NCBI RefSeq assembly: GCF_019249215.1
Contig: NZ_JAESDI010000001.1
Span: 282,728 to 314,727 of the forward strand
Reading direction: 5' to 3'
DNA from: Alteromonas lipotrueae
GTDB taxonomy: Bacteria > Pseudomonadota > Gammaproteobacteria > Enterobacterales > Alteromonadaceae
Length of the DNA: 32,000 nucleotides
Part shown: positions 17,057 to 28,832 of the stretch, piece after piece
Layout of the letters: each line of letters starts with the position of its first letter
Numbering within the stretch: the first letter of the stretch is position 1
Translations under genes and position numbers: made by a program
Notes under the pieces: generated by a model
Database searches by the model: none
What the model saw: the letters and a program-made list of their open reading frames with translations, nothing else
Told to the model about the DNA's origin: nothing

Positions 17057-17766
17057 CAGGCTCCCCCTAAATATAAAATTTGTCCTGTAATGAAACTGCT
17101 TTCTGGTTTGATATAAAAATCGATGACATTAGACACATCCGCCATTTCGCCGAATCTCTTTATACTCTGCTTTTCGAGCAGTTTATTTAACTTATCATCA
17201 GGAACATTTTTAATTAGATCCGTTTGAATTGGCGTTGGGCCAATGGCGTTCACAGTAACGCCAAATTCTGAAAATTCTTTCGCCAATGTTTGTGTCAGGC
17301 TTTCTACAGCAGATTTTGACGCGGCATAAATGGCTTCGCCTTCTAAAGCAAAAGGCACGGCAACTGTAGAGAAGTTAACAATTCGCCCATATTGATTTTT
17401 ACGCATTAGCTTGACCGCTTCGCGGCAAAATAAGAAACTCGCAAATACATTAGTTGAGAAAATTTTCTCTACCGTAGATAGGGGCGTCAACATCGCGTGA
17501 TTCATAGCCGCTATGCCAGCATTGTTGATAAGTACATCGAGCCGCTTATGACGCTTACGAATTGACGAGAAAAGAGATTTGACGTCAATTTCACTTGCCA
17601 CATCTAAACTAAAATGTTGGTAATTTTGGTGTTCAATTGATAATTCCGAACGGCTACACCCAATAACAATATGACCTGCATTTAAATAGTAATGAGTTAG
17701 GTATAACCCTATTCCCCTGCTTGATCCGGTTATCAAAATGACTTGTTGAGTATGTGACGTATCCAT
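17056..17766 (-). CDS. Short-chain dehydrogenase/reductase (3-oxoacyl-ACP reductase-like)
   Basis: TGSSRGIG cofactor motif, NNAG, and the catalytic YAASKSAV (Y-x-x-x-K). 1-nt overlap with the ACP gene upstream. Confidence 0.8.
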   Translation of the reverse strand: MDTSHTQQVILITGSSRGIGLYLTHYYLNAGHIVIGCSRSELSIEHQNYQHFSLDVASEIDVKSLFSSIRKRHKRLDVLINNAGIAAMNHAMLTPLSTVEKIFSTNVFASFLFCREAVKLMRKNQYGRIVNFSTVAVPFALEGEAIYAASKSAVESLTQTLAKEFSEFGVTVNAIGPTPIQTDLIKNVPDDKLNKLLEKQSIKRFGEMADVSNVIDFYIKPESSFITGQILYLGGA

Positions 17767-18062
17767 TACTGTTCATTCAACGCATTAGTTAAATACGTCG
17801 CCAGCGTATCAATCGTTTTAAATGGGCTATTTTTTTGAGACAACGCTTTTTCATTCGCAATGACATATTCAACCTCTAACTCATCTTCAAGCAACTCCTC
17901 AAGTGTCAGAAGAAGGTTAACCAAATCAACGGAGTCTAATAGACTAGCAGAGCCATACAGCGCTGTGTTTTCGTCTTTCACTACTTGTTCACCTTCCCGA
18001 GTAGCATTAAGCTCATCGATTGCAGAATAAATTAACGCGATAATTTGCTGATTAGTGATCAT
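17766..18062 (-). CDS. Acyl carrier protein
   Basis: 98 aa, acidic and helical, with the phosphopantetheine attachment-type motif LLDSVDLVNLL. Confidence 0.7.
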   Translation of the reverse strand: MITNQQIIALIYSAIDELNATREGEQVVKDENTALYGSASLLDSVDLVNLLLTLEELLEDELEVEYVIANEKALSQKNSPFKTIDTLATYLTNALNEQ

Positions 18063-18066
18063 TAGT

Positions 18067-19119
18067 TTATTTTTCCAACGAAGTTACTAGTTTGGTAAGG
18101 GTACTGATAATATTATCGGCACCATTAATGGTGGCTTGAGACATATTGGCCTTTATCATGTCCATTAGCTTCTCGTCATTGTGCCATACTTTACACGCCT
18201 GTCTCACAAACTCATCAATATCAAACTCTTCTCTAACATCAAAAATTTGAGCCCTACCTTGACGCTGACTTTGCAGACTGGCTTGTTGCTGGTTCTGAGC
18301 AACCACTAACAATAATGCCGGCGTATAAGTTGCCTGTAATTCGTATTGTGTGGAACCTGCGGCAGAGATAACCATACGAGAATTCAGAAATAGATTTGAA
18401 ACCAATTGAGCGTTATGCCAATGACGAATACGGGGATTGCTAACAGAGAATTGATCAACGTCTTTAACATACTGGAATGCACTTCCCGTGATGATATTGA
18501 TTGGCGTGTTATCGAGTGTTTCGCTGAATTTAACCGCCAGTTGAAGGGATATATTAGCAGTATCTGCACCACCTAGAATAATGGTTAACGCTTCTCTATT
18601 GCTTAATGACGAGGCTAGATTTAATTGATAGGGCTGAAGCAAAAATTCTGAACGTAAAATACGATAGTTTTCACCCAAACAACAATAAGCCTGAGGTTCA
18701 GTCACTGAGTACTCTAGCTGCTCCGCATGACTATTTTGATTAATGATGCAATCTGCATAGAGCATGCCTGAATCATTGTTATCATCAATGATCGCAAAAA
18801 TCTTGTTTTCACTTTTTAAGAACTGCGAAAGCTGATAACGATAAGACGTATCAAACTGATAGCCATCTATTAGTAAACAATCGACGTGTTCATCTCGGCA
18901 AAACGTGGCTATTGTATCAAGCTCTTTGCTATTGCTTTGGATCGGAAAAATATCTCCCACCCAATCACTCCTGCTTTGCGCTAGGGAAGAAGAAATATCG
19001 CTCATCAAAAATGAGACACGAATCTTTTGAGCATGTGCAAATTGGCTTAGCGCTAAACAACGCATTAAATGCCCTAACCCAATTTGACTATTTCCTTCAA
19101 CTCGAAAGGCTATGTGCAT
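18067..19119 (-). CDS. pseG: UDP-2,4-diacetamido-2,4,6-trideoxy-beta-L-altropyranose hydrolase
   Basis: N-terminus FRVEGNSQIGLGHLMRCLALSQ is the classic PseG motif. ~350 aa. Sits directly downstream of pseI. Confidence 0.75.
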   Translation of the reverse strand: MHIAFRVEGNSQIGLGHLMRCLALSQFAHAQKIRVSFLMSDISSSLAQSRSDWVGDIFPIQSNSKELDTIATFCRDEHVDCLLIDGYQFDTSYRYQLSQFLKSENKIFAIIDDNNDSGMLYADCIINQNSHAEQLEYSVTEPQAYCCLGENYRILRSEFLLQPYQLNLASSLSNREALTIILGGADTANISLQLAVKFSETLDNTPINIITGSAFQYVKDVDQFSVSNPRIRHWHNAQLVSNLFLNSRMVISAAGSTQYELQATYTPALLLVVAQNQQQASLQSQRQGRAQIFDVREEFDIDEFVRQACKVWHNDEKLMDMIKANMSQATINGADNIISTLTKLVTSLEK

Positions 19120-19125
19120 TAGAGG

Positions 19126-20181
19126 TTAACTCAAATGCTCTTCAAAAATAGCATCTCCAGGTTCGAGGTTGACGCTAGCTATGTTTGAAAGAACCCGTTT
19201 ATAGTGCTTCGGCGCTAGGCCTATGGCGGGGCGGACGATTTGAGTATTATCTTTGGTAAATGCTTCACCAGCTTTTATGGGCTTGGTAACAAAAATAGAG
19301 CGTCTATAGTATTTCGATTTTTCTTCCGCCTTTGTTCCCCCATAAACTATGGTGCCTAGGGCTTGGTGAGCTAAACCAACGCTATCAACAAGTGCTTTAA
19401 ATTCTTGTGGCTCCAATGAAAAATCAGCGTCTACACCACCCGCATGTCTGTCTAGCACAAAGTGCTTTTCAATAACGCATGCGCCTAATGCAACTGAGAC
19501 AACTGAAACACCTATCCCTTGGGTGTGGTCAGATAATCCCACCATACATCCAAACTTTTCAGCCATGTCTGTCAAGGTCACCAAATTGCTATTTTCAGGT
19601 TTTGCAGGGTATGTACTTGTACATTTCAGTAAAACAATTTCACTTGCACCAGCTGACTTCGCCGTGTTTACAGCTTCATAGATTTCCGCTTCCGACGCCA
19701 TCCCGGTAGACATAATCATAGGTTTTCCAGTGCTCGCTACCTTTTCTATCAAAGGTAGATCAGTCAACTCGAAAGACGCAATTTTATAGGCTGGAACATC
19801 GAGTGTTTCTAGAAAATCGACAGCACCTTCATCAAAAGGCGAACTAAACGCGATTAAACCCAATTCCTGCGCATAATCAAATAATGCTTTGTGCCACTCG
19901 TATGGCGTACTAGCCTGTTGATAAAGCTCATGTAGATGCCTTTTATACCAAAGAGAATTTTCCTCCATAATGCGGAAATTATCGGAGTCGATATTCAACG
20001 TCATAGTATCAGCGGTATAAGTCTGCAATTTAACTGCGTCTACGCCTGCTTGTGCTGCAGCTTTTATCATCGCCTTAGCTAAGTCAAAATCTTGGTTATG
20101 GTTACCTGATAGCTCAGCAATGATAAAGGGGGGATCTGAAGGTGATATTTGTCTATTTGCAATTTTCATATCTATGATCAC
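19126..20181 (-). CDS. pseI: Pseudaminic acid synthase
   Basis: PPFIIAELSGNHNQDFDLAKAMIKAAAQAGVDAVKLQTYT, PAYKIASFE, MSTGM, LLKCTSTYPA, GLSDHT, IEKHF and a C-terminal SAF domain. 4-bp overlap with pseF. Confidence 0.85.
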   Translation of the reverse strand: MIIDMKIANRQISPSDPPFIIAELSGNHNQDFDLAKAMIKAAAQAGVDAVKLQTYTADTMTLNIDSDNFRIMEENSLWYKRHLHELYQQASTPYEWHKALFDYAQELGLIAFSSPFDEGAVDFLETLDVPAYKIASFELTDLPLIEKVASTGKPMIMSTGMASEAEIYEAVNTAKSAGASEIVLLKCTSTYPAKPENSNLVTLTDMAEKFGCMVGLSDHTQGIGVSVVSVALGACVIEKHFVLDRHAGGVDADFSLEPQEFKALVDSVGLAHQALGTIVYGGTKAEEKSKYYRRSIFVTKPIKAGEAFTKDNTQIVRPAIGLAPKHYKRVLSNIASVNLEPGDAIFEEHLS

Positions 20182-20890
20182 GTTTCTCTTTCAAATTTGT
20201 CCGCTTCTTGGCCGTAAGCGTTAAACATTAGTTCCGCCCGTTCCCAATCTTCGAAGGTATCGATATCTTGCACTAAATGCCGAGGAAGAATGATGGGATA
20301 GCTATGATGAGAAAACATAGATTTTTGACCACTAAGGTAATCTTGCGTTCTTCCCCAGTAGAACTGGCCTGCATCATGGTACGCCTCGGGTAAATCCTGT
20401 GAGCGCTTAGACATGTTGCCCGGAAACATCACCTCAACACCTTTTTCGGAGACGGTGATCGCGCGCTGTATAGGAAAAGCAAAGCTTGTCGCTGAAAATG
20501 CAAACGCTTTGGATTTATCATTGAGCAACGTTGTTAACCCCTGCTGTATAAACTTCGGCTTCAAAAAAGGCGCCGTAGCATAAATACAGCAAGCAAACTC
20601 GTAGTTATAACCTAAACCTTCCATCGCTTTGATACCGTGGCGAGTGACAGCCGTTGTCCCCACAAAATCATCGGAAAGCGCTTCAGGGCGAATAAAAGGA
20701 ACTTCAGCACCATACTCTACCGCAATCGCGGCAACCGACTCTGAGTCTGTGCTTACTATGACTTTATCAAAACAATTGGATGCCAACGCCGCTTGAATAG
20801 AATAAGCAATGAGTGGTTTTCCAGAAAATAACCGAATATTTTTTTTCGGAATTCTTTTGCTACCTCCCCTAGCAGGTATTATTGCGAGGT

Positions 20891-20894
<4 letters not shown>
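20178..20894 (-). CDS. pseF: Pseudaminic acid cytidylyltransferase
   Basis: N-terminus AIIPARGGSKRIPKKNIRLFSGKPLIAYSI and AEVPFIRPEALSDD are typical of the CMP-nonulosonate synthetase family. 4-bp overlap with pseC. Confidence 0.8.
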
Positions 20895-23055
<2,161 letters not shown>

Positions 23056-23136
23056 TTATGTGGCATGACTTAACTGAGTCGCCTTTTCACTTCTAACTCA
23101 CCTACCCCCATCTTGACTGCACAAAATACTAAACGT

Positions 23137-23448
23137 TTATTTGTATTTTTTTACGGCAGACCTGCTACGAACAAATCGAGTTATGTCATCTTTGGCTTCT
23201 TCAAGCAAGCTCTGCGCCATCTCTTTTAGTCTATTATTAACATCAAGCTCGAGATTTGCAAATTCTTGTTTATTCTCAGGTGCTAAGGTTTCCAAGTGTT
23301 CTTTAATTACGGAGTCCCGCCGTACTAACAGCGCCTTGAGTTCGGAAAAATCAGATTCTGAAGAACTTTCGAATTGCGCCGCTATTTGCTCGTTTATTTC
23401 ACGCAGCGCAATTGGTGTTTGAGAATGGTCTAAATCGTTTTTATTCAC
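23137..23448 (-). CDS. Small helical protein, FliT-like flagellar chaperone candidate
   Basis: 103 aa, charged and predicted helical. Its GTG start overlaps the fliS stop (GTGA), so it is probably translationally coupled. The position after fliS matches fliT-type genes. No diagnostic motif recognised. Confidence 0.35.
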   Translation of the reverse strand: MNKNDLDHSQTPIALREINEQIAAQFESSSESDFSELKALLVRRDSVIKEHLETLAPENKQEFANLELDVNNRLKEMAQSLLEEAKDDITRFVRSRSAVKKYK

Positions 23449-23873
23449 ACAGCTTGTCGTTTCTGACGCTGAGCTTCAAAGGCCTCTTGCTTTGCAGTTT
23501 CAGGAATTTGTACCCACGCGTCTCGAATAGGTGTTAATAGGCTAGACACTTCATCAAGTAACTTCAAGTCGTTATTTACATGTGCATCATTTAAACGCTG
23601 AATCATGTAGTCATATAGATTAAACATGTTCTGCGCTACTTCACCGCCAATTTCGATGTCTAACGTATCTCGTAAGTGCATGAGGATAGCACTTGTCTTA
23701 GAGATAAAATCTGCTTTGGTGATAAGATCTTTTCTTTCCATTGCACCTTTGGCGTAGGCGATACGATCCAACGCGCCCTGAAGCAGCATGAGTGTCAACT
23801 TATGCGGATCCGCAGACGCTATATCTTGTTTTAAGTTACCTTTGCGGTAAGCGTTAATGCCTTTAAGTGCCAT
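23445..23873 (-). CDS. fliS: Flagellin-specific export chaperone FliS
   Basis: 142 aa. AYRKG...ADPHKLTLMLLQGALDRIAYAKGAMERKD...IEIGGEVAQNMFNLYDYMIQRL is typical FliS sequence. GGAG Shine-Dalgarno. Confidence 0.9.
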   Translation of the reverse strand: MALKGINAYRKGNLKQDIASADPHKLTLMLLQGALDRIAYAKGAMERKDLITKADFISKTSAILMHLRDTLDIEIGGEVAQNMFNLYDYMIQRLNDAHVNNDLKLLDEVSSLLTPIRDAWVQIPETAKQEAFEAQRQKRQAV

Positions 23874-23891
23874 AATATCTCCGAAAACTTC

Positions 23892-25325
23892 TTAGCCTAG
23901 CGACGCAAGTAATGCTGAACTAGTCTGGTTTAGCTGAGCAACAGTTTGGTCTAAATTCAGATACTTATCACGAAGAATTTCTTCATAGCTAAGCATTCTC
24001 ATTTCCAACGTCTCTCGCTCGTCGTACAAATCATCTCTATCATCTTTGGCTGACCGTTCGCGTAAACTAATCAACCCGCTGTATGAGGTGTATTGATTGG
24101 CAAATTCATAAAGCCTAACCGCAACACCTTCATCATCATCAGTAAATAGCGTTGCTATTTCATCAAAATTGTCTTCAAGAGCATCTGCGAGACGATCTTC
24201 GCCTGACCCCAACCCATAGTCGGTGGTGCCAATTTCTAATTTACCATCGTCATCAAATTCAATACCTAATTGGAACAGGCCGCCAAGTTCAGATGCGCTA
24301 TTGCTGTCACCCACAATGCTGGCTAAACCCGATTGAATACCACGAAGTAGCGAATCTCCCGCCAATGCGCCATCATCTTCTAGTTCCGACTCACCGTATT
24401 TAGTTAACAGGCCTATTTCGTCAATCAAACTATTATAGTTATCTACGAAATCACGAATTTTTTTATCGAGGCCTTCTTTGTCGTAACCAATCTCTAATTT
24501 TGTAGAAAGGAATTCGCCTACAGCGTCTTTGGGCGAAATTTCATTAACTTCAAAAGACACGTTTTGAATCGTATTTTCAAACTCATTCGATTCACTTTCA
24601 ACCGCGATACCGTCTATATAGGCAATCGCATTTTGTGCAGATTCGATGTTCGCAGGGTCGATGCTACCTGTGCCTCCAGTAGTGGAAAGCCTATCCAACT
24701 CAGCGTTACCATTATCATTGGTAATAACTAAGTCGTTACCAGTCCCCGTTTCGCTAGAACTAAACACCAAACGAGGGCCAGCAGCTGTGCCGGTATCGAT
24801 AATGTTGGCAGTTACACCGAAGTTATCATCTGCGTTATTAATTTTTTCTCTGAGCGCTGTTAATGAGGTACCCGCAGTGATATCAATCGTGAAGCTGTCG
24901 CTTCCGCCTACATCAAACGTAAGAGAGCCAGTACCCGATGTGAGTACTGGATCAGAACTGGCGGTAAATGCCCCATCGTCAGTAGTAATTCGGCTTCCCT
25001 GCGCGAGCTGTTCTACAACAATATCGTAGGAACCACGAAGTGCAGAATTAGATGCTTCTGCAGAAAGTACGTCATCGTCTTCGGAAGGATTAGTAATCGT
25101 CGGTTCACGACCATTGATGTCGTTATCGCTACGCAGGTCATCAACCGCGTCTTTAAAATCAGAAAATTTGGATTTTATCTGACCTAACCCTGAGATTTCC
25201 GCTTCAATCTGTTCTTCTTTCGCATTCAACCGATCTTCTTTCGGCTGACGTTCAGCGGTAAGAAGCTGTTGAACTAGGTCGTCAAGTGCTAAACCTGAAC
25301 CTACACCTAATGATTGAATTGTCAT
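23892..25325 (-). CDS. fliD: Flagellar filament cap protein FliD
   Basis: N-terminus SLGVGSGLALDDLVQQLLTAERQP...RL is the FliD signature. Conserved C-terminal coil (LRDKYLNLDQTVAQLNQTSSAL). Positioned flaG-fliD-fliS. Confidence 0.9.
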   Translation of the reverse strand: MTIQSLGVGSGLALDDLVQQLLTAERQPKEDRLNAKEEQIEAEISGLGQIKSKFSDFKDAVDDLRSDNDINGREPTITNPSEDDDVLSAEASNSALRGSYDIVVEQLAQGSRITTDDGAFTASSDPVLTSGTGSLTFDVGGSDSFTIDITAGTSLTALREKINNADDNFGVTANIIDTGTAAGPRLVFSSSETGTGNDLVITNDNGNAELDRLSTTGGTGSIDPANIESAQNAIAYIDGIAVESESNEFENTIQNVSFEVNEISPKDAVGEFLSTKLEIGYDKEGLDKKIRDFVDNYNSLIDEIGLLTKYGESELEDDGALAGDSLLRGIQSGLASIVGDSNSASELGGLFQLGIEFDDDGKLEIGTTDYGLGSGEDRLADALEDNFDEIATLFTDDDEGVAVRLYEFANQYTSYSGLISLRERSAKDDRDDLYDERETLEMRMLSYEEILRDKYLNLDQTVAQLNQTSSALLASLG

Positions 25326-25349
25326 ACTTTACCTCGTTAAACACGGTTG

Positions 25350-25838
25350 TTAGACGCGATTGTTAATAAACACCCCAACACTGTCACCTACGTCTTGCTG
25401 CAAATCTTGAATGCGTTCAGCAAGCGCTAATACTTCTTCAGAGGGTATTTGTCTTATTACATCACCAGACTCAGAATCTTTTACCGTAACAACCGAGCGC
25501 TTAGTTTCGTCATCAATAGAAAACGCCAAATTCCTATTTTGCGTTTGCAAGAATGATTCAACTTCTTGAACTGCATTCTCTAGCGAGACTTGATTCTCTT
25601 TTACTGACTCTTTATCGGCTAACGCGTTAGAACCTTGAGCCAAATTTTGCACATTAGACACATCATTTTTAAGTGCGGTATTTGTTCCACTACGGTTCGC
25701 TTGCTGTTGACCCGTATTGTCGCTTCCACTGTCGTTTTCCGCTTTAGCTGAGCTTTCATTTGGCGCCACTTTAGAAACAGGTACGGATGTAGATACTGAT
25801 GCAAAAGCCTGACCAGTTTGATTATTTACAATTTCCAC
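25350..25838 (-). CDS. flaG: FlaG family protein
   Basis: C-terminal FlaG domain (LAFSIDDETKRSVVTVKDSESGDVIRQIPSEEVLALAERI). Lies between the flagellins and fliD. Apparent GTG start preceded by GGGGGTGA. Confidence 0.8.
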   Translation of the reverse strand: MEIVNNQTGQAFASVSTSVPVSKVAPNESSAKAENDSGSDNTGQQQANRSGTNTALKNDVSNVQNLAQGSNALADKESVKENQVSLENAVQEVESFLQTQNRNLAFSIDDETKRSVVTVKDSESGDVIRQIPSEEVLALAERIQDLQQDVGDSVGVFINNRV

Positions 25839-25857
25839 TTATTTCACCCCCCTTTTG

Positions 25858-25898
25858 AAACGACAAAACGGGCCCTTGCAAGTAAGCAAGCACCCGTT
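25858..25898 (-). terminator. Probable intrinsic terminator after flagellin gene 25928-26767
   Basis: Interrupted hairpin AACGGG-CC-CTTGC / GCAAG-CA-CCCGTT (25867-25898), followed on the minus strand by TTTTGTCGTTTC. Confidence 0.4.
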
Positions 25899-25927
25899 AC
25901 ATTCCAACTAAGGTATTAAATTATAGC

Positions 25928-26767
25928 TTACCCGAGCAAAGATAGCGCAGTTTGAGGGCGCTGATTTGCTTGACTTAGTACAGAAATAGATGCCTGCTGA
26001 ATAATCTGATTACGTGTTAACTCTGCAGTTTCAGATGCAAAATCTGTATCACGAATCTGAGAACGTGCAGATGACAGGTTCTCACTGATATTGCTTAAGT
26101 TACGAATAGTTGACTGGAAACGGTTTTGAAGCGCACCCAGGTCAGCTCGAACCGCCCCAATACCTGATATCGCTGCGTCTACATCAGACAGAAGTGCTGA
26201 GGCACCTTTGGCTGTGGCGACACTCTCGCTGGTAATACCTAACCCAGTGGCACTAAAGCCACTGATAGAACCAAGGTTAGTTGAAGATAAGTTCACAGAA
26301 ATGGTTTGGCCTGCGTTTGCACCTACTAAGAACTTAGCAGAGAAGTTGCCGTCCAAAATTTTCACACTTCCGAATTGCGTATCTGTCGCAATGCGTGAAA
26401 TTTCAGTTCTAAGCGCTGATACTTCTTTTTGAAGTGCCAAGCGGTCAGCTGAAGAGTTAATTCCATTCTGCGATTGTACCGCTAGTTGGCGAATACGCTG
26501 CAAGCTAGATGTTACTTCGCTAAGCGCCCCTTCAGCAGTTTGTGACAATGAGATAGCATCGTTTGCGTTACGAACAGCTTGGTTTAACCCTTCAACTTGA
26601 GACGTTAGACGGTCAGAAATTTGAAGACCAGCAGCATCATCAGCCGCACTGTTGATACGAAACCCAGATGACAATCTTTCAAACGACGTGTTCAACTTAT
26701 CACTTACGTCAAAAAGCTGACGTTGAGCGTTCAATGAAGACACATTAGTATTTACAAATAAAGACAT
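25928..26767 (-). CDS. fliC: Flagellin (short, 279 aa, D0/D1-only type)
   Basis: MSLFVNTNVSSLNAQRQL...INSAADDAAGLQISDRLTSQVEGLNQAVRNANDAISL...LGALQNRFQSTIRNL...SVLSQANQRPQTALSLLG. AGGAGGTAA Shine-Dalgarno. Confidence 0.95.
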   Translation of the reverse strand: MSLFVNTNVSSLNAQRQLFDVSDKLNTSFERLSSGFRINSAADDAAGLQISDRLTSQVEGLNQAVRNANDAISLSQTAEGALSEVTSSLQRIRQLAVQSQNGINSSADRLALQKEVSALRTEISRIATDTQFGSVKILDGNFSAKFLVGANAGQTISVNLSSTNLGSISGFSATGLGITSESVATAKGASALLSDVDAAISGIGAVRADLGALQNRFQSTIRNLSNISENLSSARSQIRDTDFASETAELTRNQIIQQASISVLSQANQRPQTALSLLG

Positions 26768-26895
26768 TAGATTACCTCCTAGGGATTCAATGACGCCTGT
26801 GCTATCATTAAACCCTTCCAGTTCAAATTAGCAGGGTCACTACTCCCGACTAACTTCCTCTTGCAAAGTAAATTACATTACCCCTCAACAATAGG

Positions 26896-26922
26896 TATCG
26901 GCCAAGTCTTTAGCTTCTTTAG
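26896..26922 (-). promoter_or_regulatory. Sigma-28 promoter of flagellin 25928-26767
   Basis: Minus strand reads TAAAGAAG-N11-GCCGATAC, with an A/T-tract block immediately upstream (26923-26950). About 120 nt upstream of the start codon. Confidence 0.65.
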
Positions 26923-27246
26923 TTTTTTTTTGCTTTTTTTTGAAAAAAAGTTAAATTTAAATATAACTATCTGATTATTAAGTATTAAAAATTATAATTT
27001 TTTTGTGTCTTTTATCTTTTCAGCCACTCAAAAGACACGAATACTAATCTATTTGTGGTAAATCGATGCGCATTCTGACTAACAATTTTTACTTTTAAGG
27101 GTATCGCGGCATCATTAGGTCTAACAATGATTCGTAAATTTGACACATTAAGTGAATGCACTTGGCATGGAAGGTGCATTTATATTTGTGAACCATTAAT
27201 TTTGCTCAAGTTAATGATTTCAGTTTGGCAGGGTGTTTTGGCTTAG

Positions 27247-27280
27247 AATAAAAAAAAGGCCGAGACATTAAATCTCGGCC
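27247..27280 (-). terminator. Rho-independent terminator of flagellin 27490-28341
   Basis: Perfect 8-bp stem GGCCGAGA / TCTCGGCC (27258-27265 and 27273-27280) with a 7-nt loop, followed on the minus strand by TTTTTTTATT. Confidence 0.8.
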
Positions 27281-27489
27281 AATCTGCTCACGTTAGGAGA
27301 TTGAGCAAATACTGTTTCAGTCGGCTGGCAGGGTTTTAGTAGGATAAACTGGCCTCTCAACCAACACTTCTACACTCTCAGTCCTGTTAGTCGGCGCTTT
27401 CTCAAAGGGGGCGGCCTTAAATGGCCGCCATTCCTTCATTAGGGGATGGCCTCTCAACTCCTTCCCAATTAAAACGCCTTATATACTCC

Positions 27490-28341
27490 CTACCCTAGTA
27501 GTGACAATGCCGCTTGTGGACGCTGGTTTGCCTGGGCAAGAATAGTGGTACTTGCTTGCTGAAGAATCTGGTTACGGCTCAACTCTGCCGTTTCGGTGGC
27601 AAAATCTGTATCTTTGATTCGTGATCTTGCCGCAGATACATTCTCAGAAATATTACTTAGGTTTCTGATGGTAGATTGGAAGCGATTTTGAAGCGCACCT
27701 AGGTCTGCACGTAAACCACCTATTGCAGATATTGCTGAGTCTACCGACCCAAGTAGTGCTGAAGCATTAGTTTCTGTTAATACGTTATTGTTTCCACCCG
27801 TTATCCCCAAACCTGTTGCACTAAATCCGTTAATACCTGCACGGTTCAACGCTTGTGAAGATAAGTTAACAGAAATGGTTTGCCCAGCGTTGGCGCCCAC
27901 TAAGAAGCGAGCTGAAAATGCGCCAGTTAGTACGTCTACACCAGCAAACTGAGTGGTAGTCGCAATACGTGATATTTCTGTGCGAAGCGCTGACACTTCT
28001 TTTTGAAGCGCTAATCTATCCGCAGAAGAGTTAATACCATTTTGCGATTGGATAGCAAGAGTACGAATTCGCTGCAGTGACGTCGTTGTTTCTTGCATTG
28101 CACCTTCAGCGGTTTGCGATAATGAAATCGCATCGTTTGCATTACGTACCGCTTGGTTTAGACCTTGAACTTGCGAGGTCATACGGTCAGTAATTTGCAG
28201 GCCTGCAGCATCATCAGCGGCACTGTTAATTCTAAAGCCAGATGATAAACGTTCAAATGCCGTATCTAAATTATTGCCTGTTGAAAACAACTGGCGCTGC
28301 GCATTAAGCGATGACACATTAGTATTTACGAATAGACTCAT
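27490..28341 (-). CDS. fliC: Flagellin (283 aa)
   Basis: Full-length canonical flagellin termini. Very similar to the 29005-29856 copy. AGGAGA Shine-Dalgarno. Confidence 0.95.
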   Translation of the reverse strand: MSLFVNTNVSSLNAQRQLFSTGNNLDTAFERLSSGFRINSAADDAAGLQITDRMTSQVQGLNQAVRNANDAISLSQTAEGAMQETTTSLQRIRTLAIQSQNGINSSADRLALQKEVSALRTEISRIATTTQFAGVDVLTGAFSARFLVGANAGQTISVNLSSQALNRAGINGFSATGLGITGGNNNVLTETNASALLGSVDSAISAIGGLRADLGALQNRFQSTIRNLSNISENVSAARSRIKDTDFATETAELSRNQILQQASTTILAQANQRPQAALSLLG

Positions 28342-28610
28342 GAGAGGTCTCCTAACAGTTTAAGTTTTGCGCTATTGATTTTATTATTTGCGCGAGTTAA
28401 TTAAATATTTTGGCATAGCTTGTGCTTCACATAATTGTCAGGATTTTTATTCTGACGCTTTAGCGGGTCACTCCCGGTGAAGCTTGTTACATAGAGAAGA
28501 AAACTTCTCTTTTGCTGACTGTCGGGTTTGTTGTTCCAGACCTCAAACCTCTCACTACCTCCTGGCTTCATTCTCGCCAGTCAGCAGCCCAATCAGCAAA
28601 CTTAACTCTT

Positions 28611-28638
28611 TATCGACTTACCTCACCATTTCCTTTAG
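28611..28638 (-). promoter_or_regulatory. Sigma-28-type promoter (proximal) of flagellin 27490-28341
   Basis: Minus strand reads TAAAGGAA-N12-GTCGATAA. It would give a 5' UTR of roughly 260 nt. Confidence 0.5.
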
Positions 28639-28804
28639 AACTTTATGAAAATGATTTTTCTGATTTTAAGCTATTGATCTCCTGACAATATCTAAAACCA
28701 AGCAGTCAATTAACACTCATTAAAACACCATAAACATATTGCTTTTATTATTCGTTATAGGCTTTAAAGAGAGGAAGTAATGTTTACCTTCCCTTTGTTA
28801 TAGT

Positions 28805-28832
28805 TATCGTACCGGCAAGCCATTTACTTTAG
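28805..28832 (-). promoter_or_regulatory. Second (distal) sigma-28-like promoter candidate upstream of flagellin 27490-28341
   Basis: Minus strand reads TAAAGTAA-N12-TACGATAA. The flanking T/A-tract block (28833-28857) is visibly homologous to the block upstream of the 26896-26922 promoter. Confidence 0.35.

Noticed and set aside
27163-27178. Plus-strand TGGCAT-N5-GTGCA match to the sigma-54 -24/-12 consensus.
   Set aside because: No plus-strand gene lies downstream, so it would only make antisense RNA to a flagellin gene. The -12 element is GTGC rather than TTGC. The match coincides with one arm of a perfect inverted repeat, which explains the sequence equally well. It is kept only as part of a low-interest finding.
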